Shown here one piece after another: positions 1 through 9,700 of a DNA stretch of 64,000 nucleotides. The DNA is taken from the IMG/VR virus record IMGVR_UViG_3300027987_000212, positions 64,001 to 128,000 of that record, one strand, 5' to 3'. The number at the start of each line of letters is the position of its first letter. Within the stretch, counting starts at the first letter, position 1. This DNA comes from a virus. The notes beneath the pieces are model-generated. The model saw only the letters and a list, made by a program, of their open reading frames with translations. It was not told where the DNA came from and made no database searches. A program made the translations under genes and the position numbers.

Positions 1-99
1 GCCGTCCTGGAGAGCGGCAACATCAGTAAGGCCATACCAGACCGTTGAAGGTGGCGAGATAGTCCACGTACCGGCCCCACCCTGACACTTCGCAGTCAT
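1..99 (-). CDS. 5' end of a downstream virion/baseplate gene, runs off the window (MTAKCQGGAGTWTISPP...)
   Basis: ATG at 99 overlaps the TGA of 96..4166 (ATGA coupling); frame open to position 1. Confidence 0.6.
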   Translation of the reverse strand, partial: MTAKCQGGAGTWTISPPSTVWYGLTDVAALQDG

Positions 100-3000
100 G
101 CGATTCTCCGTATCACGTTGAGGACATCCGGCAAGAACGCCGCGAGCCTACCAGTTGTAAGTCGGTTCTGAGACCTGTGCGCCAGAATACTTCGGTCCAC
201 TCCGTGTACGATGGCGATGAGGTCCAGGGGATTCTCGATACTAGTTGCCCCGGCATTAGTCAGGATACTTTGGATGTTGCTGCTCTCCAAGGCCTCTACC
301 GGAGACAACCCAACGATGTGGTTCTCCAACGCGGGCACGGTAATTTCCTCGCTGGAACCACCGATATACGTGACGTCGAAGCGCACAAAGTGGGGCAGCA
401 AGAACCGCACCAATGGACTACTACACACAGTCCTCTCCGTCTCTGCTGTGACGTAGTCGTTGACATTCGAGACCAGACTAGACCGCTCGTAGGTGACCTG
501 AATATTCTGCCCCACCAGCTGGGTCGCATTGGTGGGGTCATCATCAACACCTGCCTCGAGAATGGACCGCGATAGCACTAAGCGCGGCCGCTCGACGGTA
601 GAGAACGTCAAGTTCTCGTCTTCCGTAGTCAGGTAGTACCCCTCTGCCCTGTACCCTTCTGCGGTCAACTGCTGGTCAGCATCGATGTTGTACGCATCCC
701 CCGTACCTTCACTGACCAGCTCCACGTCGAAGTAGTACAAGGAGGCCTCCGCCTCGTTGTCCACCATCGTACCTGTGCTGATGCGCTGAACACCGTTGCG
801 CAGAACTCGGTACTGCTGCCGTACTAACGTAGACGCATACGGAGAGAACGCAGACGCAGCAAAGGCTGCCACGAGAGTGACTTGCGTCGCCGAATCTACT
901 GACGCTATCTCGTACTCCCCCGCGACTGGGGACTGGTTTGACTGCTGTGAGGTGAACGACGCTGTGGGAGAAGTTCCCTGCACATCCCCCAGAATGAGCG
1001 GGTTAGCCGTACCAGTTCCACGAATGACGACAGATACGTCTGCCTCGAATTCCAACGTGTTTGCATTGGTTAACCTGGCTATGACGATACCGGCGGCAGC
1101 GTTGATTTGGTCAACAACTCCATCACGTGTAACCTCAGTCGCACCAATACTACCGTCATCCCGAATGAAGATGAGCTCATGGTCTGGCCCTCCGTCTACC
1201 GAGAAGACTAGAGTCTTGTTTACCAGGTTGGGGACAGGGTCCGCCAAGGCAATAGTACCCCCCAACGGTATGTAGTCCAGAACCAAGGTATCCCCAGGCA
1301 AAATGCCCGCGCGCACAAAGTCTTGGTTCAACGAAGCGAACACGGCAGACGATTCCATCGCAGACCCATCCATAGGCTTCACGTCGGAGGGCAGCGGAGG
1401 TATCTGCTGGTGCGATAGTGTCGGGTCCGGTGTGAACCGAACTAGACCATCCTCTGTGACTAGCGAGAAGTACGTCTCGTTGGTTCGCGCCTCGAACGTC
1501 GTGGGCTCCAAGAAGAACAGACGCACAGACCCAATAGAACGGGAACCTACTTGAGCGCGCACGGCTATCTCTGGATTGAGCGGCCTGTTCAACTCAACAG
1601 GGAGCAATGCTGTAGAGGGCAAACTACCGCTGAATATGTAGCCCACCTGGTAGGGTCCGGGAACTACGCCCACCTGGTTACCGTCAATGAACTGAATGAC
1701 ATCTAGGCCCGTAGCTAGGTCCAGCAGCGGGTTCAAGTTACCCCACCCCGTAAGCTCGGCAGTGGATGACCGAATGTCATTCGTCGTGTACACCTGAGTA
1801 TTGCCGAACAACGCGGGCATAGCACTGCTAGGGATAGTCGCTACATACCCAGTAATGCCGAACGGCCTAAACCCGACCCTATCGCCATCAGGGTCTGAAA
1901 TCACCACAGCGGCTGATGGCTCGGATACCTGAGCCAAGGTGGCTGCGTTGATTTCGGCAGCTACCTCTGTCGCCGTTTTGTTGCCAGCAGTGAACGTGAT
2001 GGACACAGCAGAGATGCCGAACTCGGCTGTGCCCACACTCAGGTCTAGGGTAAGCCCTCCGACGACGAATCCCCCACCAGGCTCATTTCCTGTAAGCAAC
2101 CCCAAGCGTGTATCCACGAACGTGTGCTTGATGCCTCGTGCAGGGTTCTGGAATGCTCGCGACTGGATGTCCACCGGCTTCGCGTAGGGAATCGTAGTGC
2201 CCAATGGCTGATTAGACGTATCCAACAACTCAATGGAACGCACACGAACAAGCGGAGGCAGGAGGTTGCCCGCAGCATTCGCACGGAACACCGTGTACTG
2301 CACGCCCGACTGCGTCAGTGTCAACGTCCTATCCAGCCGCAGGCTAGTAAAGCCAGGTGTCAGGGGGTCTTCTACGACTTGGTAGTCGCCTGCATCCGCA
2401 CCATCCAGGATACGTAGCGTGTCGCCCTGAGAAACCCCCAATGCGTCGAAGTCCGTACCGGCACCAGTGGTGACATCAGTACTTCCTTGGGTAGTTACTA
2501 AGTCACCAGCGGCTATCCTAGTCTCCTTGATGTCGGTCAACGCGATGTTTACGTCATCGAACACGCGCCACTGCGCGATAGGCGCCACTCCTGACGTAAA
2601 CGCGGGGGTAACCGTCAGCACTGGTGATTGTGTGAGCGCCTGTACTACAGACAAGATACGGTACACTCCCGCGTTCACCCCGTCCACAATCTGGATAGAC
2701 AATGAATCTCGCGCAGCTCGCTTCAGCAACGCGTAAGTGCTATCACCCACCAAGTAGGTGCCCTCCAATACCTCGTCAGCTAGCGTACATTGCGTAGTAT
2801 TGCCGGAGTTGAATGTAGCTGACGAACCAGAAAGTTCTGGCTCATCATCTGCCACCGCATCGATGATTAACGTCGCTTCATCTGAGGATACACCACGTAC
2901 GTGTATATCTACGGCACCCCCGATATGCACCTCGTTGTCGTTAATGGTGACTTCGCCCGTCGCTGCACTAGGAAACAAGATGCCACCAGGTATGCCGCTC

Positions 3001-4166
3001 AGCGTGAGTTGCTTCCTACGCAACGTCCAAGCCAGGCCGGTACGGCCAATCACCATAGTGGCTGTCGCCACCTCAAGAATGTCCGTGGACACGACGCGGG
3101 TAACCAGCAAGTCATCCACCACGGTACTGCCCGCAAACGCGCCAATGGGAGACAGGACCATTGACGTCGTAACGGGGCCCACCGGGCCAATGAGTTGGGT
3201 GAAGTCTATGCCCGCGTCCAGTACACGAAAACGTGCCGTACGCCCGCCGGCAGCGCTGTCCGTTAGCGTTTGTCCCAAGGTACCCGCAGCAACAGCTGCG
3301 CCTAGCCCACCTCCGCGTAGCACATCTCGACCCATCTCTGGGTCGTTGAACCCAACAGTGTTGAGTCGGGTCACCTCAGGAAAGCTGTTTGTGAGCTTGG
3401 CCGCGATACCACGAAGCGTGACTAGAGAACGTTCCGTGAGTTGCTGCTGAACGGAGTCTACAAACTCAGCAGCGGTAGCTGCGTCCAACCCACCACGAAA
3501 CCTGCGCTGATTGGTAACTCGCACAGCTGCTTCCAGGTTCGCTACGGAAGACAGCTCATCCGGGCCGATATCGTACTTACTTCCCGGCTCCGCCGCGATG
3601 AGATTTACGTCGAAGTAGAACAGTCCAAGAGCATTGTCGTAGTTCAACAACATCTCTTCGACTCGAATACTCTGTGACTCTGTAGGCGGGTACTTGTACC
3701 CACTCTTAGACGTGAAGAAATTGACAGGGGTCAAGCTTACCTGTTGAGCTTGCGCAAAGTAGATGCGCCCCACACCCTTCGAGTATTCACCCTTGGGACG
3801 TTCCGCGAAAAGGTTAGCACCTAGTGCATCTGCTTCTTCCTCCGTGAGTACGTCACGGTCGCGGAAACTTTGCCCCTGCCGCACACGTACGACCTCACGT
3901 ACTACGGGGTCCCACAAGAGCTGCGCAGGCTTCACCAGCAAGTCCGTGAGAGCGTCACCGTCATCGACGGCCATGTCTGGATAAGCTTGCTGGAGCCGTG
4001 TGGTGACGAACGTCTCGAGGTCTACAGTAAAGGGGTCCGTCCCCAGTCGCCGCTTCAAGGGTTGAATGACCTGCTTATCGAAGGGTGCCCCCGGGCTCAG
4101 GTCCAGCGTAGAGTCGAACTGAGCAGCTCGCTCTCGAATGAACGCTTCAAGGTCTCGTATGGCCAT
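96..4166 (-). CDS. Large baseplate wedge protein (baseplate J-like N-terminal region), 1356 aa
   Basis: N-terminal GRIYF...FTSKSG, NLEAAVRVTNQRRFRGGLDA, ERSLVTLRGI pattern typical of baseplate-J/wedge proteins; beta-rich body; coupled to gp25-like gene. Confidence 0.7.
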   Translation of the reverse strand: MAIRDLEAFIRERAAQFDSTLDLSPGAPFDKQVIQPLKRRLGTDPFTVDLETFVTTRLQQAYPDMAVDDGDALTDLLVKPAQLLWDPVVREVVRVRQGQSFRDRDVLTEEEADALGANLFAERPKGEYSKGVGRIYFAQAQQVSLTPVNFFTSKSGYKYPPTESQSIRVEEMLLNYDNALGLFYFDVNLIAAEPGSKYDIGPDELSSVANLEAAVRVTNQRRFRGGLDAATAAEFVDSVQQQLTERSLVTLRGIAAKLTNSFPEVTRLNTVGFNDPEMGRDVLRGGGLGAAVAAGTLGQTLTDSAAGGRTARFRVLDAGIDFTQLIGPVGPVTTSMVLSPIGAFAGSTVVDDLLVTRVVSTDILEVATATMVIGRTGLAWTLRRKQLTLSGIPGGILFPSAATGEVTINDNEVHIGGAVDIHVRGVSSDEATLIIDAVADDEPELSGSSATFNSGNTTQCTLADEVLEGTYLVGDSTYALLKRAARDSLSIQIVDGVNAGVYRILSVVQALTQSPVLTVTPAFTSGVAPIAQWRVFDDVNIALTDIKETRIAAGDLVTTQGSTDVTTGAGTDFDALGVSQGDTLRILDGADAGDYQVVEDPLTPGFTSLRLDRTLTLTQSGVQYTVFRANAAGNLLPPLVRVRSIELLDTSNQPLGTTIPYAKPVDIQSRAFQNPARGIKHTFVDTRLGLLTGNEPGGGFVVGGLTLDLSVGTAEFGISAVSITFTAGNKTATEVAAEINAATLAQVSEPSAAVVISDPDGDRVGFRPFGITGYVATIPSSAMPALFGNTQVYTTNDIRSSTAELTGWGNLNPLLDLATGLDVIQFIDGNQVGVVPGPYQVGYIFSGSLPSTALLPVELNRPLNPEIAVRAQVGSRSIGSVRLFFLEPTTFEARTNETYFSLVTEDGLVRFTPDPTLSHQQIPPLPSDVKPMDGSAMESSAVFASLNQDFVRAGILPGDTLVLDYIPLGGTIALADPVPNLVNKTLVFSVDGGPDHELIFIRDDGSIGATEVTRDGVVDQINAAAGIVIARLTNANTLEFEADVSVVIRGTGTANPLILGDVQGTSPTASFTSQQSNQSPVAGEYEIASVDSATQVTLVAAFAASAFSPYASTLVRQQYRVLRNGVQRISTGTMVDNEAEASLYYFDVELVSEGTGDAYNIDADQQLTAEGYRAEGYYLTTEDENLTFSTVERPRLVLSRSILEAGVDDDPTNATQLVGQNIQVTYERSSLVSNVNDYVTAETERTVCSSPLVRFLLPHFVRFDVTYIGGSSEEITVPALENHIVGLSPVEALESSNIQSILTNAGATSIENPLDLIAIVHGVDRSILAHRSQNRLTTGRLAAFLPDVLNVIRRIA

Positions 4167-4819
4167 CAGATACCTATGTTGGTCAGAGCGGTGCGCCCAC
4201 CCTGGGAAGTAATCTCTACCGATACATCCAACCCACTTGCTTCTGGGTTGAAGCTCGAACTCAGCACCTTGGCAGACAGCAGTCGCTCATCCCTCGGAAG
4301 TCGAGGATTGCGGCTCTGACTTGCGACAAGCTGCCGTGCAGTTTGGTCTACCGCAATGACGAAGTCTTGTACTAGGTCTGCCCCCTCATCTACCCCATAC
4401 GTATGCCCGATGCCGCGCAACGCCCCGCCACCAAGATTCGGAGAGAAGATGTCCGTGCCCGGGGTAGTGAACAACACTTTGACAAACACCTGCACAAGAC
4501 GCGTGATACCGCTTACCCGCCCTGGTGTCCGCCCCACTCGAGTACGCAGCAAGCTACGCGAGGTGACTACCAGCCGCTTGGACAGCACAGACACCGAGGT
4601 AATGCGGTCGCTGCCTAGTGTGTCGGGTAGCTGCGCAAGTAGCCTAGTTTGACCCAGTACTACGACATCGGGAGATACCTGACCGTTGATGAGCACCTCG
4701 TCGACAGACCGGAAGTCATCCCCTAAGACGTCCAACGCGCGTGGGGGCCCAGGGACCAGCCGCACCTTGTTCAACAGCACCACCTCTTGGGGCACCACCA
4801 CTTGGAAGTCTACAGCCAC
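4166..4819 (-). CDS. Baseplate gp25-like protein with N-terminal Ig/IPT-like segment
   Basis: LVQVFVKVLFTTPGTDIFSPNLGGG...LLSAKVLSSSF...VSVEITS resembles gp25/W-like wedge initiators; directly upstream of wedge gene. Confidence 0.6.
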   Translation of the reverse strand: MAVDFQVVVPQEVVLLNKVRLVPGPPRALDVLGDDFRSVDEVLINGQVSPDVVVLGQTRLLAQLPDTLGSDRITSVSVLSKRLVVTSRSLLRTRVGRTPGRVSGITRLVQVFVKVLFTTPGTDIFSPNLGGGALRGIGHTYGVDEGADLVQDFVIAVDQTARQLVASQSRNPRLPRDERLLSAKVLSSSFNPEASGLDVSVEITSQGGRTALTNIGI

Positions 4820-4833
4820 ACAGGGATTCTACC
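4820..4833 (-). promoter_or_regulatory. GGTAGAAT -10-like element, 6 nt before GTG (leaderless-type promoter)
   Basis: minus strand tgGTAGAAT-ccctgt-GTG(4819), no Shine-Dalgarno. Confidence 0.65.
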
Positions 4834-4857
4834 ACTACCCCCGCCCCAGACTCCTAG

Positions 4858-4893
4858 CTAAAAAGAAAGGCCCGGGGAATACACCTCGGGCCT
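4858..4893 (-). terminator. Rho-independent terminator after the endolysin gene
   Basis: minus strand AGGCCCGAG-loop-CCCGGGCCT followed by TTCTTTTT. Confidence 0.75.
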
Positions 4894-4944
4894 CTCGATT
4901 GCTGAAGAGCGTCGAGCTGACACTGCCCCAACGTGACGACCAAG

Positions 4945-6060
4945 TCAAGTATGGTTCGTCATGTACGCTGGCCCTAACCGAGCCGCCAGCGCACCCGCAG
5001 TTCGTCGGTCCATCTTGCCGTCTACTTCTGCACGTGGAATGGTCTTCTCCGTCTCCTCAAAGGAGCGTAGTGCTTCTGTAGTCTTAGCCCCCCACCGGCC
5101 ATCTGCACCCGCGGGGCCCAAGTCATACCCCAGGTACAGTAGGGCCTTCTGTACCTCCAACGTATCCCACAACTTGGTGGGCAGCGCGCCTGCCCGCTGT
5201 TTGAACTTCAGCTCCTCCGCAAAGTCTGGCAGCTCAACACCGTACAGCTGCTCCACTACTGGACGAATCTTGTTGTACCGATGTGGGTAGATGGTGATGC
5301 CCTTGTGGAAGGTGAGATACCGCAGAATGGTAGTGACACCCTCCGCCGACTCCGGTGATGCCCCTGTCTCTGCCCTCGCTACTTGCAATGACTGTGAAGC
5401 CCAGGTCGGGTTGTTGGCAGCAAAGCTGATGTAGGCAGCATGGGCAGCACGCGCCCAAGCATTCCCCTCGAGTAGCTCTGGAGGGAAGACGCTCTTAGCG
5501 AAGGGTGTGCGGAATCCCAACACACGCTGAGCCGTATACTGAAGCTGCACCTCCGCGGCCGCAGGACTTTCCCACACCGTAGAGACCGCTGCAGCAAATC
5601 TTCGGGCGTGCTCCCTCGATGCGGTATCCCACGTACCCTTCTTACCGTTGGAGCGCAGGAAGAGCAAACGGTTCTGCTCGTCATCCGTGTCGACGATGTC
5701 CGACCCTAGCCGAAACCGCCAGCGTCCACGCAAGTCCTGCTGGAAGTCTGCACGGAATGTACCCAAGAAGTCGAGTAGAGGGCTCAAAGCACTCCTACCC
5801 AACTTCTCGACTACCGCCCCCAACATACCACTCACGCCGAACATGCGTGCCTCACACCACTGAATCAACCCAGAACTGCACTTGCAGCGGTCGTACCCAT
5901 TGTAGGCATCAAACGCCCCACCCTCCGTCGCGGTGATGACGGCAACCAGCTTGTGGTCCTCCGAGGGGTTTGGGGGCAGCGTAAACCTGTGCCTACCCAG
6001 GTAGTACGGGCCCTCATACTCCTTGTACGAACCCCAACCAATCTCACCAACAGCAACCAT
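4945..6060 (-). CDS. Endolysin-like muramidase with C-terminal peptidoglycan-binding domain
   Basis: TEGGAFDAYNGYD...SSGLIQW lysozyme-like motif; VQKALLYLGYDLGPAGADGRWGAKTTEALRSFE PG-binding motif; start moved to ATG 6060 (GGAGG SD). Confidence 0.75.
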   Translation of the reverse strand: MVAVGEIGWGSYKEYEGPYYLGRHRFTLPPNPSEDHKLVAVITATEGGAFDAYNGYDRCKCSSGLIQWCEARMFGVSGMLGAVVEKLGRSALSPLLDFLGTFRADFQQDLRGRWRFRLGSDIVDTDDEQNRLLFLRSNGKKGTWDTASREHARRFAAAVSTVWESPAAAEVQLQYTAQRVLGFRTPFAKSVFPPELLEGNAWARAAHAAYISFAANNPTWASQSLQVARAETGASPESAEGVTTILRYLTFHKGITIYPHRYNKIRPVVEQLYGVELPDFAEELKFKQRAGALPTKLWDTLEVQKALLYLGYDLGPAGADGRWGAKTTEALRSFEETEKTIPRAEVDGKMDRRTAGALAARLGPAYMTNHT

Positions 6061-6061
6061 G

Positions 6062-6460
6062 TTAACCTCCTGTACTATATGCTTGTACCCAGCCAAGGAA
6101 CTGCAACTGAATGTCATGCATCATGACATCAGCGAAGTAAGTCAGTGGATACTGGTCCTCGTTGAGTGGGTAACCGTACGTCCCGCAGAATTGCAGTACG
6201 CACTGGTCGAGGTACTTCAGTACCTCTGCTGGTATCAGCCCCCACTCATTGCAACAACGAGCCAGCGCACCATCCAACGACCACCGACGTGCGTGGGGGC
6301 TTACAGGCTTCACCTGCACGAAGTCCTCCGTACACGCAGGCATGTCCTGTACCCACCGACTATCGTCACCCAGAAGCAGCTGAACATCCAGCAGTACTTC
6401 GTGCAAGCTCCTGCCCGCTAGCAGTAACCCGCCATCACGGTAGTACGGGTCAAAGTTCAC
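6062..6460 (-). CDS. Hypothetical phage protein (DUF6197-like)
   Basis: LL...RWVQ...P.S..ARRWSLDGAL pattern; coupled to neighbours. Confidence 0.5.
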   Translation of the reverse strand: MNFDPYYRDGGLLLAGRSLHEVLLDVQLLLGDDSRWVQDMPACTEDFVQVKPVSPHARRWSLDGALARCCNEWGLIPAEVLKYLDQCVLQFCGTYGYPLNEDQYPLTYFADVMMHDIQLQFLGWVQAYSTGG

Positions 6461-6780
6461 TAGCCCTCCTCAGTATTGACGTCTTGGTCCGCGTCAGCTT
6501 CCAAGAACTGCTCGGGAGGCGTCTCCTTGAGGACAGCTACCGCACGCTGAACACCCTGTTCAATCTGGGTAACCCGGTCCAGTTCATTGGGCCTGCGGGC
6601 AGTACCAACATCCTCTATTCGATGCAGCTGCGCTTCCACCGCTTCCTCGAATGTGTACGCCCCAAAACTCTGTGTTGTCTGCTGTCCGAGAAGCGCAGCG
6701 TACCCGTCGTCTAGCGCCGCCCGCTCAGTAAGCATACGTTGCTGGGCCGCTCGGTCTTCATTGTCTGTTTTGTTGGACAT
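6460..6780 (-). CDS. Hypothetical protein
   Basis: TGATG coupling at 6780; helical composition. Confidence 0.6.
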   Translation of the reverse strand: MSNKTDNEDRAAQQRMLTERAALDDGYAALLGQQTTQSFGAYTFEEAVEAQLHRIEDVGTARRPNELDRVTQIEQGVQRAVAVLKETPPEQFLEADADQDVNTEEG

Positions 6781-6980
6781 CACTCCCACCCACGGTCGAT
6801 AGCAAACCACTCGTACACGACCAGGTTACCCTCCCCACCTGCCTGGTACACCTCACTGTCCTCGTGGATGACGCTCTTGGGCACCCAAAAGACTGCGCCA
6901 CCTGCTTTCGGCTCTAGCTTGAGGGCCTCCCCACTGTCGAAGACACAACGCACCTCCTCGTGGTACTCGCAAGGGTCCAT
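6780..6980 (-). CDS. Small phage protein (W-x-P-K-S-x-I...SEV type)
   Basis: FWVPKSVIHEDSEV motif; tight packing. Confidence 0.6.
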   Translation of the reverse strand: MDPCEYHEEVRCVFDSGEALKLEPKAGGAVFWVPKSVIHEDSEVYQAGGEGNLVVYEWFAIDRGWE

Positions 6981-6981
6981 T

Positions 6982-7581
6982 CTAGACATGGTCTGGTGCA
7001 TCCTTTGGGTGATTCACCCAGTCACGCTGAGAGACCTTCGCCCACGTAGCTTCCACCGCCACCCTGTAGGGCCGGTACGGTGCGCACTCTCGTCCACAGA
7101 TATAAAGTACGACCCACACTAGCGTGCGTAAGCGCAACTCGTGCTCCTCACGCGACCGACGAATACCCTGCTCTGCCTTCAGGTGGTGATGGGAAAAACA
7201 CTCTATGATGCCAAGGATTGCATCCTTGAAGTACTCGCCCTTCATAAAGGCGAACCGCGTAAGCTCTACTGGTTTCCCCTCCATTACCCAGATGTCGGCA
7301 ATACGCCAACCCATGCCACTGCAGTAGTCCGCTGCGTAGATGGTGGTATCCCCAACTGCGTCTAGGATAGCATCAACATCCCCGGCATCCCGTTCCCGGA
7401 CCAACTCACCTAGCTCTTCAAAGATGCCCAGTAACGGTTGGTGAGGGACTACCGGACCGAAATTGCGGGTACGCCACGCACTTTGCTCATCCTGAAGTTT
7501 GTTCCAGAAAGCGTCGTCAGGTATGTAGTCCCCAGCTACTAAGCTCTCTGAGTTAACGGGGGTGACCATGGTTTTCATCAT
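6982..7581 (-). CDS. MazG-like NTP pyrophosphohydrolase
   Basis: QPLLGIFEELGEL...DAILDAVGDTTIY EExxE/DxxxD helices; W..V..RDW C-terminus. Confidence 0.7.
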   Translation of the reverse strand: MMKTMVTPVNSESLVAGDYIPDDAFWNKLQDEQSAWRTRNFGPVVPHQPLLGIFEELGELVRERDAGDVDAILDAVGDTTIYAADYCSGMGWRIADIWVMEGKPVELTRFAFMKGEYFKDAILGIIECFSHHHLKAEQGIRRSREEHELRLRTLVWVVLYICGRECAPYRPYRVAVEATWAKVSQRDWVNHPKDAPDHV

Positions 7582-8192
7582 CTACTCCTTCTACGTTCTT
7601 TGTCCAGCCGTAGCCGGTAGTTCATCACACGGGCAGTTACGGCCCTACGAGGCACGTCACGCCAACGACCTTTGACTTTGCGCATCCCACAAGTGACACC
7701 CCTGTCTCGCGCGTACGCCCCCTGGTAACCGGCGAGCCAACGAGCAAACAGCGCAGGTTGTCCCGTCACCCGCCGACAGTACGAACGCCACTGCGTAATA
7801 TCTGCACCCAGTTGAGCTAACGACCCACGCCAGTTCAACAACGTCCTACGCTTACGCTGACACTCTGCGGAGGTCACGTCCTCTCGACAAGCCGGCAAGT
7901 TCGACAAGCAGTACTGCGCAAAGCCTATACAGTCCCCTGATGGGTCTACTGCCTCCGGGTTGAACCGACTCTCGTTATTGATGATGGCAACTAGCGTGAA
8001 CGGGTCCACCTCATGCTGGGTAGCCTCCTCAATGATGGCGGTAGCCCACATCTTCTTGGTCTCCGTAGGTACACGTCGGCTAAGCCCAATCGCCCAAACA
8101 ACGTCATCTATCGTACGAGGGACAGACATCGCCGCCACGGCCTCACCAGAAAGCGCAAGCACAAGTACGACCCACAAAGTCCTCACCAACAT
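7578..8192 (-). CDS. Lytic transglycosylase (SLT family) with N-terminal signal/anchor
   Basis: VDPFTLVAIINNESRFNPEAV...GFAQ catalytic Glu motif; hydrophobic N-terminus. Confidence 0.75.
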   Translation of the reverse strand: MLVRTLWVVLVLALSGEAVAAMSVPRTIDDVVWAIGLSRRVPTETKKMWATAIIEEATQHEVDPFTLVAIINNESRFNPEAVDPSGDCIGFAQYCLSNLPACREDVTSAECQRKRRTLLNWRGSLAQLGADITQWRSYCRRVTGQPALFARWLAGYQGAYARDRGVTCGMRKVKGRWRDVPRRAVTARVMNYRLRLDKERRRSR

Positions 8193-8193
8193 A

Positions 8194-8343
8194 CTAATCC
8201 TCTCCGCAGCCAGTAGTTCGCCAGCACTTCAACCAACCACGCATCTGCTTCGACTGGTTGGGTGGAGGGGCGGTAACTGCCGCTAGTACTACCGCAAGCA
8301 GTAGGTACAACACCAACCCAACCAGTGCCCTTCTAGGTTTCAT
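8194..8343 (-). CDS. Small membrane/secreted protein, 49 aa
   Basis: MKPRRALVGLVLYLLLAVVLAA; ATGA coupling at 8340-8343. Confidence 0.5.
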   Translation of the reverse strand: MKPRRALVGLVLYLLLAVVLAAVTAPPPNQSKQMRGWLKCWRTTGCGED

Positions 8344-8900
8344 CCACTGACTCGAGTAAACAGTAAGTCGAACGTACCGATACGCGCGCGCAGCACACTC
8401 TGGTCCAGGCCATTGTACAAGAAGGTTATCCTGGCGGCAGTCAACGAAGACCCAAATGCACCACCCTTGCAAAAGCCAGTACGCCATGAACTAATCGCTA
8501 CACCGTCGGGCGATGCCGTAGTGCTGTCTTGAAACCCGCACGATATCTCTGCCGCATCTCCCGGAGGCTGCAAAATCAACTGCCAAGGGTGGCGAGATAC
8601 TGCTCCCGCCCCACGCTCGCGGATAGTCAACGAGGCCCCGCAGAGCTCGTTCAACGAAGTATCCGCCCCGCACTCATCCGCCCACACACCAAGCACTGAC
8701 TCGAGCTCCTTCGCAGTAACCCAGACCTTCCTGGGTACCCTCGTGGGCGCCGCCACCGTAGGGGCGGGTAGCTCCGGGCCAATGAACACCTCACCCGCTG
8801 TAGGTCTTACCGACCCTACGGGGTGGTAGTAGGCCAGCATAAGGCCAAACAGGCCGCAGACAATGCAGAGACCCACGTAGAAAAGCACACGCTTGACCAT
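8340..8900 (-). CDS. Membrane-anchored hypothetical protein
   Basis: N-terminal TM helix, GGAGG SD. Confidence 0.65.
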   Translation of the reverse strand: MVKRVLFYVGLCIVCGLFGLMLAYYHPVGSVRPTAGEVFIGPELPAPTVAAPTRVPRKVWVTAKELESVLGVWADECGADTSLNELCGASLTIRERGAGAVSRHPWQLILQPPGDAAEISCGFQDSTTASPDGVAISSWRTGFCKGGAFGSSLTAARITFLYNGLDQSVLRARIGTFDLLFTRVSG

Positions 8901-8913
8901 ACAACCTCCGTAG

Positions 8914-9372
8914 CTACAGCTTGCTCTTCAACCAGTCTAGAACCGCGACCGCTTCCGGTGAGCGCAGTCCTACGGCTTCTGCCCGTATCAGCGCCATCTC
9001 TACGTCTTCCACCCCTTTGGCGAACTTCTTCTTGCTCGGCTTCTTCGCCGCGCGCGGCACATCCAAAGGCTCTACTCGCGCAGTAACTGCCCAAGAGCGC
9101 TTATCGGGTTGTTGCTCCACCAACCCTTTCTTGCGCAAAGAGCTGAGCGCGCGGTTCACCTTCGGCCGCAGGTTACCCCAATGCACCAAGTTACCAGTGA
9201 TGCTCTTCACATCGGCCGGGCCGTAGTGCCACAACGCTTGGTAGCTCTGCCACTCATCGTTGGTCAACCTGCCTGCCTCATGTAGTCGCTCCAAAGCGTA
9301 GTAAGCTTCAGTGCTCTTGCCAAACTGAGCAGATGGTTGCGGGCTACTTAGTCCTAGGGACATTTGCGTCAT
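8914..9372 (-). CDS. Winged-helix-like DNA-binding protein
   Basis: RPKVNRALSSLRKKGLVEQQ..KRSWAVT wHTH pattern; SD GGAAGG. Confidence 0.55.
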   Translation of the reverse strand: MTQMSLGLSSPQPSAQFGKSTEAYYALERLHEAGRLTNDEWQSYQALWHYGPADVKSITGNLVHWGNLRPKVNRALSSLRKKGLVEQQPDKRSWAVTARVEPLDVPRAAKKPSKKKFAKGVEDVEMALIRAEAVGLRSPEAVAVLDWLKSKL

Positions 9373-9577
9373 GTACGTTTCCTTCCTGAGTACGGGCTAC
9401 CCCGGCATCAATACACCGTTGGGCGGCTTCTAGCAGCCGAACTTCGACGACGTTTTCACTCTGCCTTTGCTCGGCACCAGTCACCTCTACTACCTGAATA
9501 CTGGCTTCCAACAAAGCCATTACTGCTTCTGCTTCCTTGGCCGACAACAAAGCGCGGCCGTCAGTCATCCAAATCAT
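9344..9577 (-). CDS. Hypothetical protein
   Basis: GGAG SD upstream, helical. Confidence 0.5.
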   Translation of the reverse strand: MIWMTDGRALLSAKEAEAVMALLEASIQVVEVTGAEQRQSENVVEVRLLEAAQRCIDAGVARTQEGNVHDANVPRTK

Positions 9578-9648
9578 TGGTACTCCTGAGGGTAATAACT
9601 ACTAAGCCAAGGAACGGACTACCGCACTACTTGGCCCAGAAACAACTA

Positions 9649-9666
9649 CAGGGGCACAAGCCCCTG
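9649..9666 (-). terminator. Possible terminator hairpin
   Basis: CAGGGGC-4nt-GCCCCTG followed on minus strand by TAGTTGTTT, just after 9701..10177. Confidence 0.4.
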
Positions 9667-9700
9667 CAGAAAATCGTAGATGGCGCCGCGGCGCCTGGCC

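Noticed and set aside
177-4319. Plus-strand ORFs opposite the baseplate genes, and similar shadow ORFs opposite other large genes
   Set aside because: Antisense shadows of GC-rich coding sequence; no SD and no protein-like features
6061-6117. ORF-track N-terminal extension of the endolysin
   Set aside because: ATG 6060 has a GGAGG SD; the extension overlaps the upstream gene
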